This document shows, piece by piece, positions 1-12,804 of a DNA stretch of 64,000 nucleotides. The DNA lies in contig WELA01003597.1 in assembly GCA_009602735.1 (NCBI GenBank), forward strand, positions 62,001 through 126,000, read 5' to 3'. The DNA comes from Mesotaenium endlicherianum (lineage: Eukaryota). Below the pieces are notes generated by a model, which saw nothing but the letters and a program-made list of their open reading frames with translations, was not told the origin of the DNA and did not search any database. The position numbers were made by a program, and so were the translations under genes. How positions within the stretch are numbered: position 1 is the stretch's first letter; every line of letters starts with the position of its first letter.

Positions 1-294
1 ACCTGTCAGCCTAAATTAAGCTTGTGGATGTATATGGCTTAAGCCCATGTGCGCGTGTCCTCATGGGCGTGAATTTGTGAAGCAAAGTTGATAGGACCCA
101 ATACTTGCCAACACAAATTGCACCCAGGTACTAAAATTAGAGTGATAGAAAGTCTACGAGCTTAACCCATGTAGTTGAGCTGGCTGCTGGAGGTTATCAG
201 CTAGCTATTTCTATCCAGCTGCTCTGTAAGCTGGCGCTTTATTGACCTCTAACTTCTCCAATCACTCATGGCCTGTGTTGTGCTACATGCGCAG

Positions 295-3200
295 AGAAGC
301 CTGAGGGACATTGCAGAGATTTTGAAAGCTGACCCTTTATTGGCTGATGTGGAAGCAAAGCGACGGGCTCTGGGAGTACAGGGTGTCACAAAGAAGTTCA
401 TAGGTGCTGCAAATATTGAGGGCCTACTCATGGACGATGGCTTGTCGTTGGATGGCATGCATGAGCTCAAGTGGCACATGCAATTTGTGCCACTTGTCAA
501 GCGGGTTCTCAGGATTGAAGCGGTTGCAGAGCAACTTTTGGCCCAGGTCTGTTGGTCTCTGTGTGACACTTGTCAGAATGTGTGTGTTTGTGTCGTATGT
601 GCGCAAACACTTTTGTATGGACACGTGTACTGGTAACTTACTACTCCGACACCCACCACCTCGAGAAGTTAAAAAACAAGCAATACACTTCCGTACAGCT
701 TAATCATTTGCTTAGTATTGACAACTTGTGCAGCATGAGCTAGAAAGACGAAGCCTTGCTGTTTTCCGCAGGTCCAGCAGGATAATTATAGTAGCAAACT
801 GCGTGGGATGTACAAAGATACATGCAGCATATCCTGATTGCTTGTATGTAAGTATTAGCACATCAATTTTTCAATTTCGTCTGCACACCTTGAGAAGTTA
901 TAGTAGAGCATTCATCACCTATAAAGTGGGGCATATTAGTGGCCAAAACTTCAGGAACAACAGGGCACTTCATTTGATGAACAAGGGAGAGCAACCTCGG
1001 GACTGGGTGTTGCGCCTCATGCCCGCCATCCAATGACTATGCGCAGGGCCCTCCAGGCAGTGGTGCAGCATGGACTATCCGTAGCTTTGAAGCTGAGTTT
1101 GTTTCGGCCATAGATCCATATCCTCATTACATATATATGTATATGTATATATGTATATATCATGACAGAGAGAGGACCTGGAAGTGAGAGCTTTCCAGAA
1201 GGCATTGCCAAGCCCTAGGTTGCGTTGATAATTTGGTCAGATTTTTACACCCAGAAACTTGAACAGAACCCTAGGCTTGAAGCCTTCATGAAGTGGCACG
1301 CTGGCACCCCCAAACTCTAGGAAGCGTTGGAGCTAGTGAGGGGGGGCCCTCATTCAACACTCTTGTGGTCGTGTAGTGCCTATACTTAAGACCCTGATTA
1401 CCTTACACTGGGGCTTCCCTCACTCCTTTGAAGATCCTGGGGAGGATTTATGCAGCTGACGCACACAAACACACACTTACACTCACTTTTGGGGGTGGAA
1501 GTGTGGCAAAGACAGGTCTGTGCTCTGCTTAGAGTGTACGCACTGACGACTTCATATATATGCGTGACCTATATATAAAGCACAACTGTAGTTAAGGCCA
1601 CGAGTGGGACTTGGGGCATAAGTACATTTTCTTCTATTCCAGTGGTTTTGCTTAAATGTTACCTTCGAGATACAATGGTCATTCTCAAGCAGTATCTCTC
1701 TGAGCATTAACTGCTGGAGTTGCCTTGACAAAGTGTGGCATGTAATCAATCAATACACTACCGGAGGGCGTGGTAGCCTTCAAGAGCATCACTGCGTACA
1801 GGTGTGGCCTTGACGTTGATCCACTAGTCAGCCTGCAGGAGGCTGAGGAGGGGCTTGCAGCCACATTGTGTGAGTTGCCACCCTATCTCTTCGCCATCTT
1901 CTCTGAACCACTCATCCCAATCTCGTTTGCACCCTGACCAATTTCTTCTGGCAATGCTTGACCTTTCCTCCTCCCTCTTGCTGTTTTGATGCTCGTTGCC
2001 TTCCTTTTCCTTCTACATTGGAATGCTGGCAGTGAGACAGTCTCTCTCTCTCTCTCTCTCGGGAGGATGTAGTGGAGTTGAGACTTCAACACTATTGTGA
2101 TTATTGCCGTGGTTAATGTCTGCCCCTATCTCCTTGTTGATACTTGAGGCCACGCCTAGGCGTTGACCTTTTCTTGGAGAGGGAGGGCGGGGAAAGGCAT
2201 TTCAGCACAGGGACTTGGAGGAGGGGGAGGAGGAGGAGGTGGAGCTGTGAGGCTGACAGACAAGCGACTGCTGAACTACTTGCTGGTGCTGGCACTGGAG
2301 GTGTGCGTGCAGCGGGACATCCCCATGCAGCTCCATACGGGGTGGGTCGCACGTTCTGTTTGCTTGGCACCAGCTTGCAATCCGTGCGTTGGTGGTGTAT
2401 CATGCCGCACTATGATCTGCTGGACCCCCATGGGCCACAGAGGTGTTCGCTTGGCAGGACCGGCTGACTTTGGGTGACGTTGGGAAGCCATCAGTACATG
2501 GTTACCGGGCCTGGATGTGCATGATGCTTTAAAGCGTGGCGTCTCTGATCGAGGTTTCAAGCACCTGGCGAAGATGAGGGCTGGGTGGCGCCGTATCACT
2601 TCTTGAGCTGGGCTAGCAGTTACACTTGTGCATGAAGTGGGGGAGGAAGTGGATGCAATACTTGTAAACTTTGTCCTTGTAAGTCTCACTTCCCCTGGTA
2701 GCAGTCAGGAAAGGGGTCTCCGGGCAGTGTATGGAAGCGGAACTCTCGCCTGGCGACTGCTTATGGCCCGCTTCTTCTCAGGCTGACTGCAAGCCAACTG
2801 GCGTGTCAAGCATGGGAGAGGCTGCTCTACACAGCCGCGTTTGTGCGACATGACCCTTGTTCCACTGCTTACAACCCCGTTCAAAAGCTTCCAGTTTCAC
2901 CCCGTACAACGAGCGCGCGAGTGACTGACATGGTGTGCTAGGCAGCATTGTGCCATGTAGAAATGGTGGCAACGAAGCAGGCGGGCTTCTTGGATTGTGT
3001 TATAGCTCATCAATGCCAACCAAGCTCCCCTTTGATGAGGCTCCCCCTGCTTTCCTGCATACATGCATGCACAAGTAGCCGCATGAGGACGTGTTGCCAG
3101 CCATGAGTGCATGCAGCTTTGGCGACAAGGACCTGGACTTGCTGACGGCCAACCCGCTGCTGCTGAAACCGCTGCTGGACGACGCCCGCTTCCAGAGGGC

Positions 3201-4994
3201 CAAGCTGGTGCTGCTGCACTGCTCCTACCCCTACATGCGCCAGGCGGGCTACTTGGCCAGCGTGTATCCCCAGGTAATGTCATCATGTGTGTTGGCCCCT
3301 CTGTGTAAGTGGTATGCTGCTCTGGCAGATGGTCATGAGCACAAATCCACTCTCACGCACATATGCGTAGAGATATGTCTTCTTGAGTGGTTGGTTGGAT
3401 GGCTTATGGCTTTCACATAAGTGAAAGAAGGCACATACATTGAAAAGATGGAGTTCAGAGTGCAATATGCAACATGCTCAGTTGCACGTATAATATGTCA
3501 GCTGTAAAGAAGTGGCAGGGTGCACGTGCTGATGTGTCGGGGTCCAGGTGTACATTGACTACGGGCTGGTGTTTTCAAAGTTGAGCGTGCGTGGCATGCA
3601 CATCGTTGCCCGGGAGCTGCTGGAGCTGACCCCTATCAACAAGGTAAATTGCTCCCCTCTGCCCTTGACCCTCGACCTTTAGCTATACATACACCTTCGC
3701 TTGATTTAACTTTGCTGTTAATGGCAATGTGTTGCTGCCTTTGTCGACCGTGGCAATGTTGCCAACCTGATTTTTGTCGTCTTGTCGGTCAGGACACATG
3801 AAAGTGCTTGAAGGTTCGGTGTTGGACGACATGAAGTTGGAATCTGAGGTTGAAAATTCAGATGGCATAAGAGTGTGGCCTGGTTTCCCTTTTCTCTCTT
3901 TTGCTACTCCAACTTCTCTGTCACCAATCCCTGTGCTCCTGGCATCGTTATTCAAGATGCCTTTGTAACGGCAGCACATGCAGCACTCAGGTGTGCAGTG
4001 AGCTTCTCTAGTCCTTTTGCGTGCGACTTTTAACCGTTGTGAGCAAGTGGTGAAAGGCTAATCCTGAGTATGCCACCTTTCTTCCACCTGCCAGATCATG
4101 TACAGCGGCGATGGATACGGCTTCGCTGAGTCGTACTATGTTGGTACGCCCCCCCTGTCCCCCCTCTTCAGGCGGAATCATCTGTGCTGATCTTGCTCAA
4201 GCTTGTTGCGGTGTTGAGTGGGAAAGAGGTTCGCATTTGAAAGGAACAGGCGAGTCCAGGCGCTCAAGCATAAACCTTTACTGTCATAATTTTACAAGTG
4301 CCTGCATTCAAAAGGCCAGGGGCTGTGTTTGGACAATATTTTCAGTTCCGGGGGGCCAATTGCCACGCTTATGATCCCACTGAAAGGATGGGAAAGCCGA
4401 GAGGGGGGGCTGTGGAGGCTTGCAGATCAGGTATTTGATTGTTTGACGCACATGCAATTGTTGCTGTGCAGGTGCCAAGTGGGGTCGCCAGATCCTCTCC
4501 CATGTCCTCTGTGAAGCGTACGATGATTGTGATCTGACGCTCCCGGAGGCTCTTTCGGCTGCCACCTGCATCCTCAGAGAGAATGCTATCAAGCTTTACA
4601 AGCTGGACTTAACCAACCCCCCGCAAGCTGGGTCATCCGGCACTAGCAGTATAAGGCCAGCAGACGTAGCAGCAGCCCTTGAGCTGCCTGGTGGCAGGCC
4701 TGCAGGGGCGTCAAGAGGTGCCAGCCTTCCGGAGCAGGAGTGTCAAAGAGAAGGTGTAGCCCCACAGCCAGGAGGAGAGGCGGAGTTGCCGTCGTCTGAC
4801 TTTGTGCGGCTGCTGTTTGTGGACGCCTCGGGCCAGCGGCGTGTGCGCGTGCGTGTGCCTGCCTTCCTACGTTCCTGCCGTCATTCATCCGCCCATTCAA
4901 AGACCTCTGAAAGGGCGGTTACAACTTCGTGGAAGAGATTGAGGGTTGGGTGTGCTGCATAGGTTGCAGGAGAGACCTTTTCTTTGCGGGATTG

Positions 4995-5056
<62 letters not shown>

Positions 5057-8000
5057 TGGAGAGGATAAGGGAGATGTATGCGTAGCTGCTAGTCGTCCTT
5101 GCTTACATGTTGCTGTTGATTGAATGCTTGGGACAGATTGGAGAATGGTATAGCTTGTAGCAACTTTTCACCCTGTTAAGTGGCTCAAGTGGTTCTACGA
5201 GATGTGCTCTACTCCCTACACACTTTGCATAGCCTCTGCTTTGATAAGACATGGCTTTACAAACACGCACGCACACAGCCACACACACGTGTATGCGTGT
5301 GGCGTACGTACTTTGCGTGCAAAGGAAGAATTGTTGTCTCTAATGTGGGCACTGACTACCGACGACTGAGTAGCTGTTTGTACCTGCACGCTACGGCCGG
5401 GTTGATGTATGCACGTCTCCTGAGTTTGAATCGCCAACGTTGTCGAGCGCAAAGCTGGCCAAATCTCAGAGTGGACCGTCTTGTGCGTCTCACACTTGAT
5501 CGGTGTGGCATGCAGATGGTGCCCACGGACCGGTTTGAGTCTGTGGTGGTCCAGCATGGCGTGGGCATCACGCAGGCCTGCATGGCCATGTCATCGCTCT
5601 CTGATGCGCCATCCCCAGGAAGCGGCCTCTCAGCCGTGGGGGAGATTCGACTTGTCCCTGACTTGTCAACAAGGCGCAATATCCCTTGGTGAGCTTCTCC
5701 TGTGGGCAGCAGGGGCCGGCAGTGGGCGAATGGAAGTGGGGCAGAAGATTTTGTGAAGAGTTCTTACTTCAGGACGTAACAATCGACATTAAGGCATAGA
5801 CGTGTTGTGGCCTTTTGGTCTCTGCTGAAAGTAAAGGCTTCTGCCGCCTGTTTGCCTTTCCTGCCTAACGTTGCTGCTTCTGTCTTTGTGCCCGTCTTGG
5901 CTCTCAGGGTTGTGTTGGTAATGCCACTCACCTAGGATTGTACACACGTCATACAAGCAGACATCTACAATGTGTTGGTCGACATATACAGTATCTGCGG
6001 AGAATGACACCTAGTGTTGATGGTGGGGGCAGGTGGCCCAAGCACGAGGTGGTGTTGGCAGACATGCACAGCGTGCCTGGGACGCCATGGGACACGTGTC
6101 CGCGGGCCACGCTGTCGCGTGTTTGCGCGCTGCTTCTCCACGAGTTTGGCCTGGTGAGCGCCGCAGCTGAGGGGGAAAGAGGAAGAAGGCACATTGCTGG
6201 GAACCTGTATGCACATAGCGGTCAGATTGCAGTAGAGCTCTGATCGAGAAGTGTACGCCGAGGCGGCAAGAGGTGGGGTTCAGGGGCAACTTGCACTTGT
6301 CACTTCACCGAGGTTAGAACATGAGAGGAGTGCTACTGGATGAGCAGCAAGCACAAGGCTGCTTTCCCTCTTCACCATTGCGCATCTCCAGGTGTCTCTG
6401 GCTGCTGCCCCATGTGGCTCGTCAATGTTGTCCCTGGGCTTGAGACGTCCACTCCTGCGCGTGAATGCAGGAGGCGAGGGCAGCGTACGAGAGTGAGTTC
6501 TACCTGCTTCACAGCGACAGGTAGGCGGGTGGGGGCATATATCACTCTTCCTGCTCATTGCATATGCCTCTGCGCTGGTGCTGCCCTTCTCGTGCTTCCC
6601 CCCGCCCAACTGTGGTTATGTTTGTCTGTCCCACTCCACAAGTTTCTGAGCGTAACACTGTTGCCTGCCTCTGCCCTCTCCCCATGCAGCCTAAAGCCCG
6701 TGGACGCGACTCCCTACTGCTCCTCAGCCGCGCTCGATGCTGTGGCACCCTTTCTGGCGGGCTGCGCTGCTGCTGCCGCCGGTCTCGGCGTCACCATTGA
6801 ACAGGTGATCCTTTGCTCTCTGTTGACAAGTTCATGTGGTTCTCCCATTTTGTATGTTGTGCAACTAATACATCGGAGCCCATCAAGCACGCTTCATGTG
6901 TTTGCCTCATCCAACCAGGGTGCTCAGCGTGTTGCTATAGTACCAGAGCAGATGTCAGTCAGACTCTTGTAGTGGCCAGCCAGGCTTGTGCGTCCCTACG
7001 TGTGCACAGCTGGCCATTGCACGGGTGCCCCACGTCAGAGGGCGTCATTGCGCGTCGCAGCGGACACTTCTCTTGTGTGAGCATTTATGCTGGTCAAGCT
7101 TCCAGCTGCCCAGTTTTTGTTCTGGAGAGACTCTCAGTAAACCTTCACGAGTTCTGAAAGGGTGGGGGCTGCTGGACAAGAGTCCACCGGCTTCTGCTAA
7201 GGCGCATCCAGGATTGCGTGATGGGTGGCACTTGCTTTCGATGCGCGAATGGGCAGATGCATGCAGAATCAGGGGGGGGTCAGTTTGAAATTGCGCTCAC
7301 GCCTGGCAGCGCCATGGAGGCTGCCGACCAGGTGACCTACCTACGGGAGGCAGTGACAGCTGTGGCCCGCAAGCACAAGTACAGGGCAACGTTCCTTCCT
7401 CAGTGCGCATTCATTCCTCCTCTCTCGGTCCAACATTCTCAGGTTCCTCCTGTTGATGCATATGCCAGGGATACATGTCCAAATTGGTCAATCTCTTCTG
7501 CATGCACTTTTCAATGTACTCACATATCCAGTTTATCTTTTTTTGTTCTTGTAAGCACCTGTTCTTTTTGGAGGGGGGAGTCTCTGTAACAAACTGACAA
7601 GGAAAATGTGTATGTGTATCAAATTACCTGCTTTGTTTTACACAAACAATGCACCAAATAACCATGTGTTTGCGTGCGCCAGGTGGCGCGAGAACGACGC
7701 AGCAAGTGGAGCCCACATGCACGTCAGCCTCTGGAAAGATGGCATCAACGTGTTTGCCGTTACAAGCCCAGGCAAGAAGCACAATGGAGGCGTCCCCATG
7801 GGCGAGCACTTCATGGCTGGCGTTCTCCAGCATCTGCCAGCTGTCATGGCCTTCACTGCGCCCATTCCCATGAGGTGAGACTTGCCCAAAAAAAATGCAG
7901 TCATTTGAACATGTTTCTTATCCTGTAGAAAGTTTACATGTCACTCTTACCGTGGTTTTTGAAATCTCACGCAAATATGGACGTGGTTATCGGCGGGGAA

Positions 8001-10439
8001 ACGGGTGATGCAGTTGCTTGGTCAGTAGAGGGTTGTGTCTAACAAGTGTCTGAGCAGCGTCCGGACAGGGGCAGGTCACTAGTGGTCAACTTTCGCAGGG
8101 CCACATACTATGTGGGAGGATGTTGCACGTGTGAAACGAGACAGGCAAGTACGTGAAGCATGCCAGACAGCCCCTTTTCTTCCTTTATTTGGAGCTGGAT
8201 GCTGTTGGGCCAGAGGCGGACATTCCGTTTCCATCGTATCGCCTTCTCCATTGTGGGGCCTGCCCTTCCAGGCGGCTACAAGTCATGTGGAGGGTTTTGG
8301 TGGAGGGGAGGCGTGGGGGGGCAGATCTCAATCACATCATCTTTGCTGCAGAAAAAGAACTTGCACACGTAGCAAGGACTTGCGTACTGCTGCGCTGTTC
8401 ATCCAAGCACTCCATGGCCACCTATTTTGCATACAGTATGAATGACGTGAGGCATTCTTGAGCTCAAAAGTGTTCTTGCGCTCTGATCTGAGAAACAGGA
8501 GGGCTCTGTAACATGCGACGGGGGGGGGGGGATGCGCAGCTATGAGCGACTGGCGCCGAACAAGTGGACGGGCGCCTTCCAGTGCTGGGGCCGGGAGAAC
8601 CGTGAAGCGGCCCTGCGCACCTGCTGTCCGCCTGGGGCCGATCTCACGCAAGTGACCAACTTTGAGGTGAAGGCCGTGGACGCGTGCGCCAACCCCCACC
8701 TGGCGCTGGCAGCCGTCATTGCGGCCGGCATTGCTGGCCTGAGGGAGCACATCAATCTACCCCCTCCTGTCGGTGAGATTTGGGGGCCTGTTTAACCTGC
8801 ATGGTTGGGCGCAGGCAGGGGGGCACACTACACGTGCACAAGCAGGCATGTAGAGGCGTACATGAATCCGTTTCGATGCTTGCAAAGGATTTCACAGTCA
8901 GACAGACAGACACTGCATACCTCTCGTATGTTTCATAGGTGTGCTCAGAGGTTGCACAGGCCCGTGCTATGACCACAGCCCCGCCAGCCCTGGTGGGTCC
9001 AGAAAGGGCTGCTGTTGTCAGGAGGCACACTTTTCAGTTATTGGTGATGGGGTCTCAGGTGTAGGTGCTAGGGGCAAGAATCTGGTGGCTTACTTTGAGT
9101 TTGGGTAGGATCCGGATCAGTCCAGGGCCCAAGAACCAGGGACAGTGACGGTCGGCATGGTCACCCGTCCATGTCACTCGTCCTGCCTTCAGTATCTTGA
9201 AGCTTCTCAGTGCCTGTGGTTGTGATACTGGCCAAGGGCCTAATCCAGAAGGCTTCCTTGATCCTTGGCAGAGGTGAACCCCGCAGAGCTGCCAGATGTG
9301 AGGAGGCTACCAGCTTCTCTCCAAGAAGCCACGGAGTCCCTGAAGCAAGACCACGTCCTATTGGAGATTCTGGGCGACAAGCTCTGCCAGTGCATTCTGG
9401 CCGTTCGTGCGGTCAGTACCACGCTTTCCTCTTGCCCCCCCGCATGGCGCCCGCTTATGTCGTCCCGAGGCTGACCCGTTTCTCACGTAACGCTGCCTAG
9501 GAAGTTACCGTGAGAATGCTCACGGCTACATCCAGATGGATACTTACCTCCCAGTGGTTATTTGGCATCTCTGTGTTTCTGTATCTTCACGGGTGTTTTT
9601 GTATGGCGCCACGTCTCCTGCCCTTTTCTTTGGTCAAGCAAAGTACGCTCTTGGGGAAGTCGCCAGCCTGTAGCCTTCTTCGTGCGATGTGCTTCACGTG
9701 AAAGTGCGTCGTCTTCTGACTGACACCATCACAGTGAACCCCTCTGATTGAAACTTTCCTTATAGTGGAGATACTCGGCTGTGCCGTGCCCTCCCCAGCC
9801 TGCCTTGGAGCCTAGATCTTGTGCCACCTGACCACTTGCTTGAAGGGAAGAAGTCAGTGCAATTTGCCTGTGGCATTCTGCCTTTCGCACGTTCATGTGG
9901 GAAGTTCGCGCAGCCGATGTGACCCCCGATACCAAAACTTTCCTTCTTCATTGCAGATTGAAACCCCAAGAATTATATCCTTGATGTTGTCACAATCTGA
10001 GACCCTGATCGAAGACCTGAGGCTGAAACTCAGGAACACCTGTGCTTTTGGAGCTTGTGCTCCTCGTGCATGCTTTATTTGCTGCCCAGCTCCCCCTTGG
10101 CTGCACAAGGTTGTACGGACTGGAGTTCCTTAGAGCCTACAAAGAGCGAAAGGGATCCAAAAAAAGCATGTTGACGTGCACGGGCATGAGTGAATCAGCA
10201 GTTGCATATGGCAGCACATGTGCCTTCCTTACATGTTTAAGGCCTTGCACGCTCTCTTGTCCCTTACTTTATCAAGGACCACCACCACTGGTGTAATTCC
10301 ACACCAGCAATGGTTTGTGTGCCAAATCTCTTGCTGTGTTTTCTTTCCATATCTGTGCTTTAATTTGTTTTTGATGGGGGTGCAGACTGAAGTGGATGCA
10401 CCTCCAGAAAGGCGAGAGTCTCTGCTTATGAGATATTGA
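295..10439 (+). CDS. NodGS: Nodulin/glutamine synthetase-like fusion protein (amidohydrolase_2 + GSI-type domain; FluG-like), 5' exons outside window
   Basis: Frame-consistent exons: 295-546, 1047-1117, 1757-1869, 2206-2341, 3117-3273, 3548-3643, 4095-4143, 4472-4848, 5516-5688, 6033-6153, 6471-6520, 6690-6804, 7257-7402, 7683-7874, 8540-8772, 9272-9411, 10386-10439 (stop TGA). Amidohydrolase motifs: LLMDDGL..RVLRIE, VAFKSITAYRCGL, PMQLHTGFGDKDLDL, VLLHCSYPY, IMYSGDGY. GS motifs: FVDASGQRR, YESEFYLL, MHAESGGGQFE, GAHMHVSLW, SYERL, WGRENREAALR, NFEVKAVDACANPHL. C-terminus LLMRY* resembles plant NodGS. Confidence 0.93.
1118..1756 (+). other. U12-type (minor spliceosome) AT-AC intron in NodGS
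   Basis: 5' end ATATCCTC at 1118, branch-like TGCCTTGAC at 1721-1729, 3' end ...CAATAC at 1756. Splicing joins GAT CC|A CTA CCG GAG in frame to give SAIDPLPEGVVAFKS. I found no GT donor that closes exon 1047-1117 in frame. Confidence 0.8.
2041..2060. repeat. (TC)10 microsatellite in NodGS intron
   Basis: tctctctctctctctctctc seen directly. Confidence 0.9.
4998..5052. repeat. (CA)n microsatellite, about 27 units, in NodGS intron
   Basis: Uninterrupted acacac... run seen directly. Confidence 0.97.
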
Positions 10440-12804
10440 TACTAGATAGCATCAACTTCCTCTTTGTTCGGGTACTTAGACTTGAAGCCATTGGGCTGGC
10501 ACTTGACAGTGAACGTTCTTGTTACGTTATAATCAGGCGGTCTCTGATATGGGGTCGATATTAAAGTACCTTACCTAGTCGTTTGGATGGTTATGTAACC
10601 AACCACCAAGTGTATCTATGATGCTGAGGCAGAAAGAAGAAACACAAGGTTTAAAGCTTAGATGTTTTTCTCCAACTTTTTGGTTCCCTTTAGTCCTGTT
10701 CGCACGAACGAACATGATTTGGTATTAAAATGCTAGCAGTGAGTTGCTTTCTTCTTGGATATATTCCGGGCCTTTATTTAGATCTCTCAATATTCTCAAC
10801 TTTGCCTCACAGTTGGTAGTCACACGTTGTCTTCAAATAGTGACGGGTCTTAGGCTTTGAGTGTTGGGCCTATATTGCAAAGTAAGAGCACTGGAGAGCC
10901 ACTATAGAACTCGTAATGTGGCAGGCTAATCTTGCTACTTAAGGAGAAATATATCACTCACTTAGGAGGTAAGGTCATCAACCCTCATTCCCAGACGAAG
11001 TTGACCACTAACCCATCCCATCCCAGGCACAAGCATGGACCTTGCTATGTATAACATGCGATTATGTGTGTTATAGCTGGTGAACAACTTCTTTAACAAC
11101 CTCAGAGAGGCACGTGGCATCAAATAACAACGCATAAGTGGTTTGCGTGAGAGTAGTGCAAACATGACATACATGCAAAGACATGCAAACATGGAGTAAC
11201 GAGTTCCACTCAATGCTAACTGGCACAAAGGGATGCAATTAACAGAAGTATAGTCACTCAAGATACACAGGTGTACTTGAAGTCATTGCGGCTGAAAAAG
11301 GACCTCATGCTCGCCTTCATTGTATAAAGCTATAAAATCATGTAGATGATTGAGGGTCAACAATAGTATCTCTACATAATACTTAGCCAATAGGGTGGTT
11401 CGGTTGGCACGCCCACTCCTAGTGCTCATTTTGCAATTAAAGAGGCAAAGTACAAGTGTGTCTAGTCTTGTGAACGTGTAATGGTAGCCTTGCAGTTGTA
11501 ACAATGAATGTTAGAATTGTCTATATTCACGCTCGGATTGTGCTAGGGATTTCTCTTGGCAAGATGTGTTCGCCACCATAGAGATACACTTTCCACGACG
11601 TAGGATGACAAAAAAGGGGAGGGTCTCCCACTGTAAAAACACAAGAGCTCATTTATGGGCTCAAAGCGGAAATTTCGAGATCAACAAATTTTTTCTAGAA
11701 GGTAGTAAGCTGCCACACCTTGAGTATGTGCAAGTCACAAGATAGCTCCAATCAATCTTCGCAAAAAGTGATGACAGGCCTCAATAATGTCGCCTATTCA
11801 ACTTGTCGGTTGTGGTCGATCTGGTGCACCTGGGGGCCGCTGGGCTGACCCACGTGCGCGCCCTAGCTAGTTCCTAGTTTCGCCTGGGGCCTTGTAAGCT
11901 GTAACTGCGCGCTAGCACTGTAGCCGCGCGCACTGGACCTCTGGAGCTGCCAGTTGCAGCCTTTGCGGCTGTGCACGCCACTAGACGGCGCCTCTCTTTT
12001 TGCTCAGCTAGCCTGGTGGAACTTCGTTATAAGTCCTACATTGGCTAATCAGCAATTACTTTTGATCAGCCTATTTTTAATGTGTACCTGGAAATTATCA
12101 TACTGGCTTGTCTTGGGAAAGAACACTCGCGAGGTTAACCTGCGCTTGTGACCAAGCTTGGGATTGAGCTTGTAAGAGTCCTCTGTGCCTGCATTGCACT
12201 CAAAACTCCGGACTGGATAGTCCGTTTGGTGATTGTGTGTTGACTACAATCGCTGGGTTAGCTTGAGCTGGAAGCTGCCAGCTCAGTCCCAGCCTGCTGC
12301 TTCTGAGCCTAAGCGGATACATTGCTCAGGGCCAGGCTGGCACTTGGTCTCCCTGCTAGAGGCTGTTGCAGCCAGCTACATTGGCTGATCAAAGTCCTAT
12401 TTGATAGCACAAGGCCCGTTAGTTTGAGTTTGATTTAGGAAGCATTTGTTTTATTTGCCTTCCTTGAGAATCACTGGGTTAGTAAGAGTAGAGCCCAACG
12501 TAGTTAGTCAACATATGTTGTAGCAGTCCAGCTTGGGAGGAGTAGCTGAGTAGTCCGGCAGGAGAGATAGCTTAGTCTACCCGTGTTGCAGAAGCTAGGA
12601 CTCTGGTGGTCTCGCATTAATAGCAGATTAAAGACTTGCCGGTCTATGTCCTGGGAACCTGCTGCAACTAGGGATGGCTGCATTTTTTGTAGCATTGATC
12701 CAGGCCCTGGGGCTTGGCTGTCTGAATCTCACCTTCCGGCTTCTACTGTCGCTAATGTTTCCAGTTTAGGACAATTCTCTGCAGGTTCGACCTCGTCTCG
12801 CTAG

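Noticed and set aside
5180..6972. Long ORFs of 170 and 210 aa in the ORF track
   Set aside because: They are NodGS exons read through into GC-rich introns, not independent genes.
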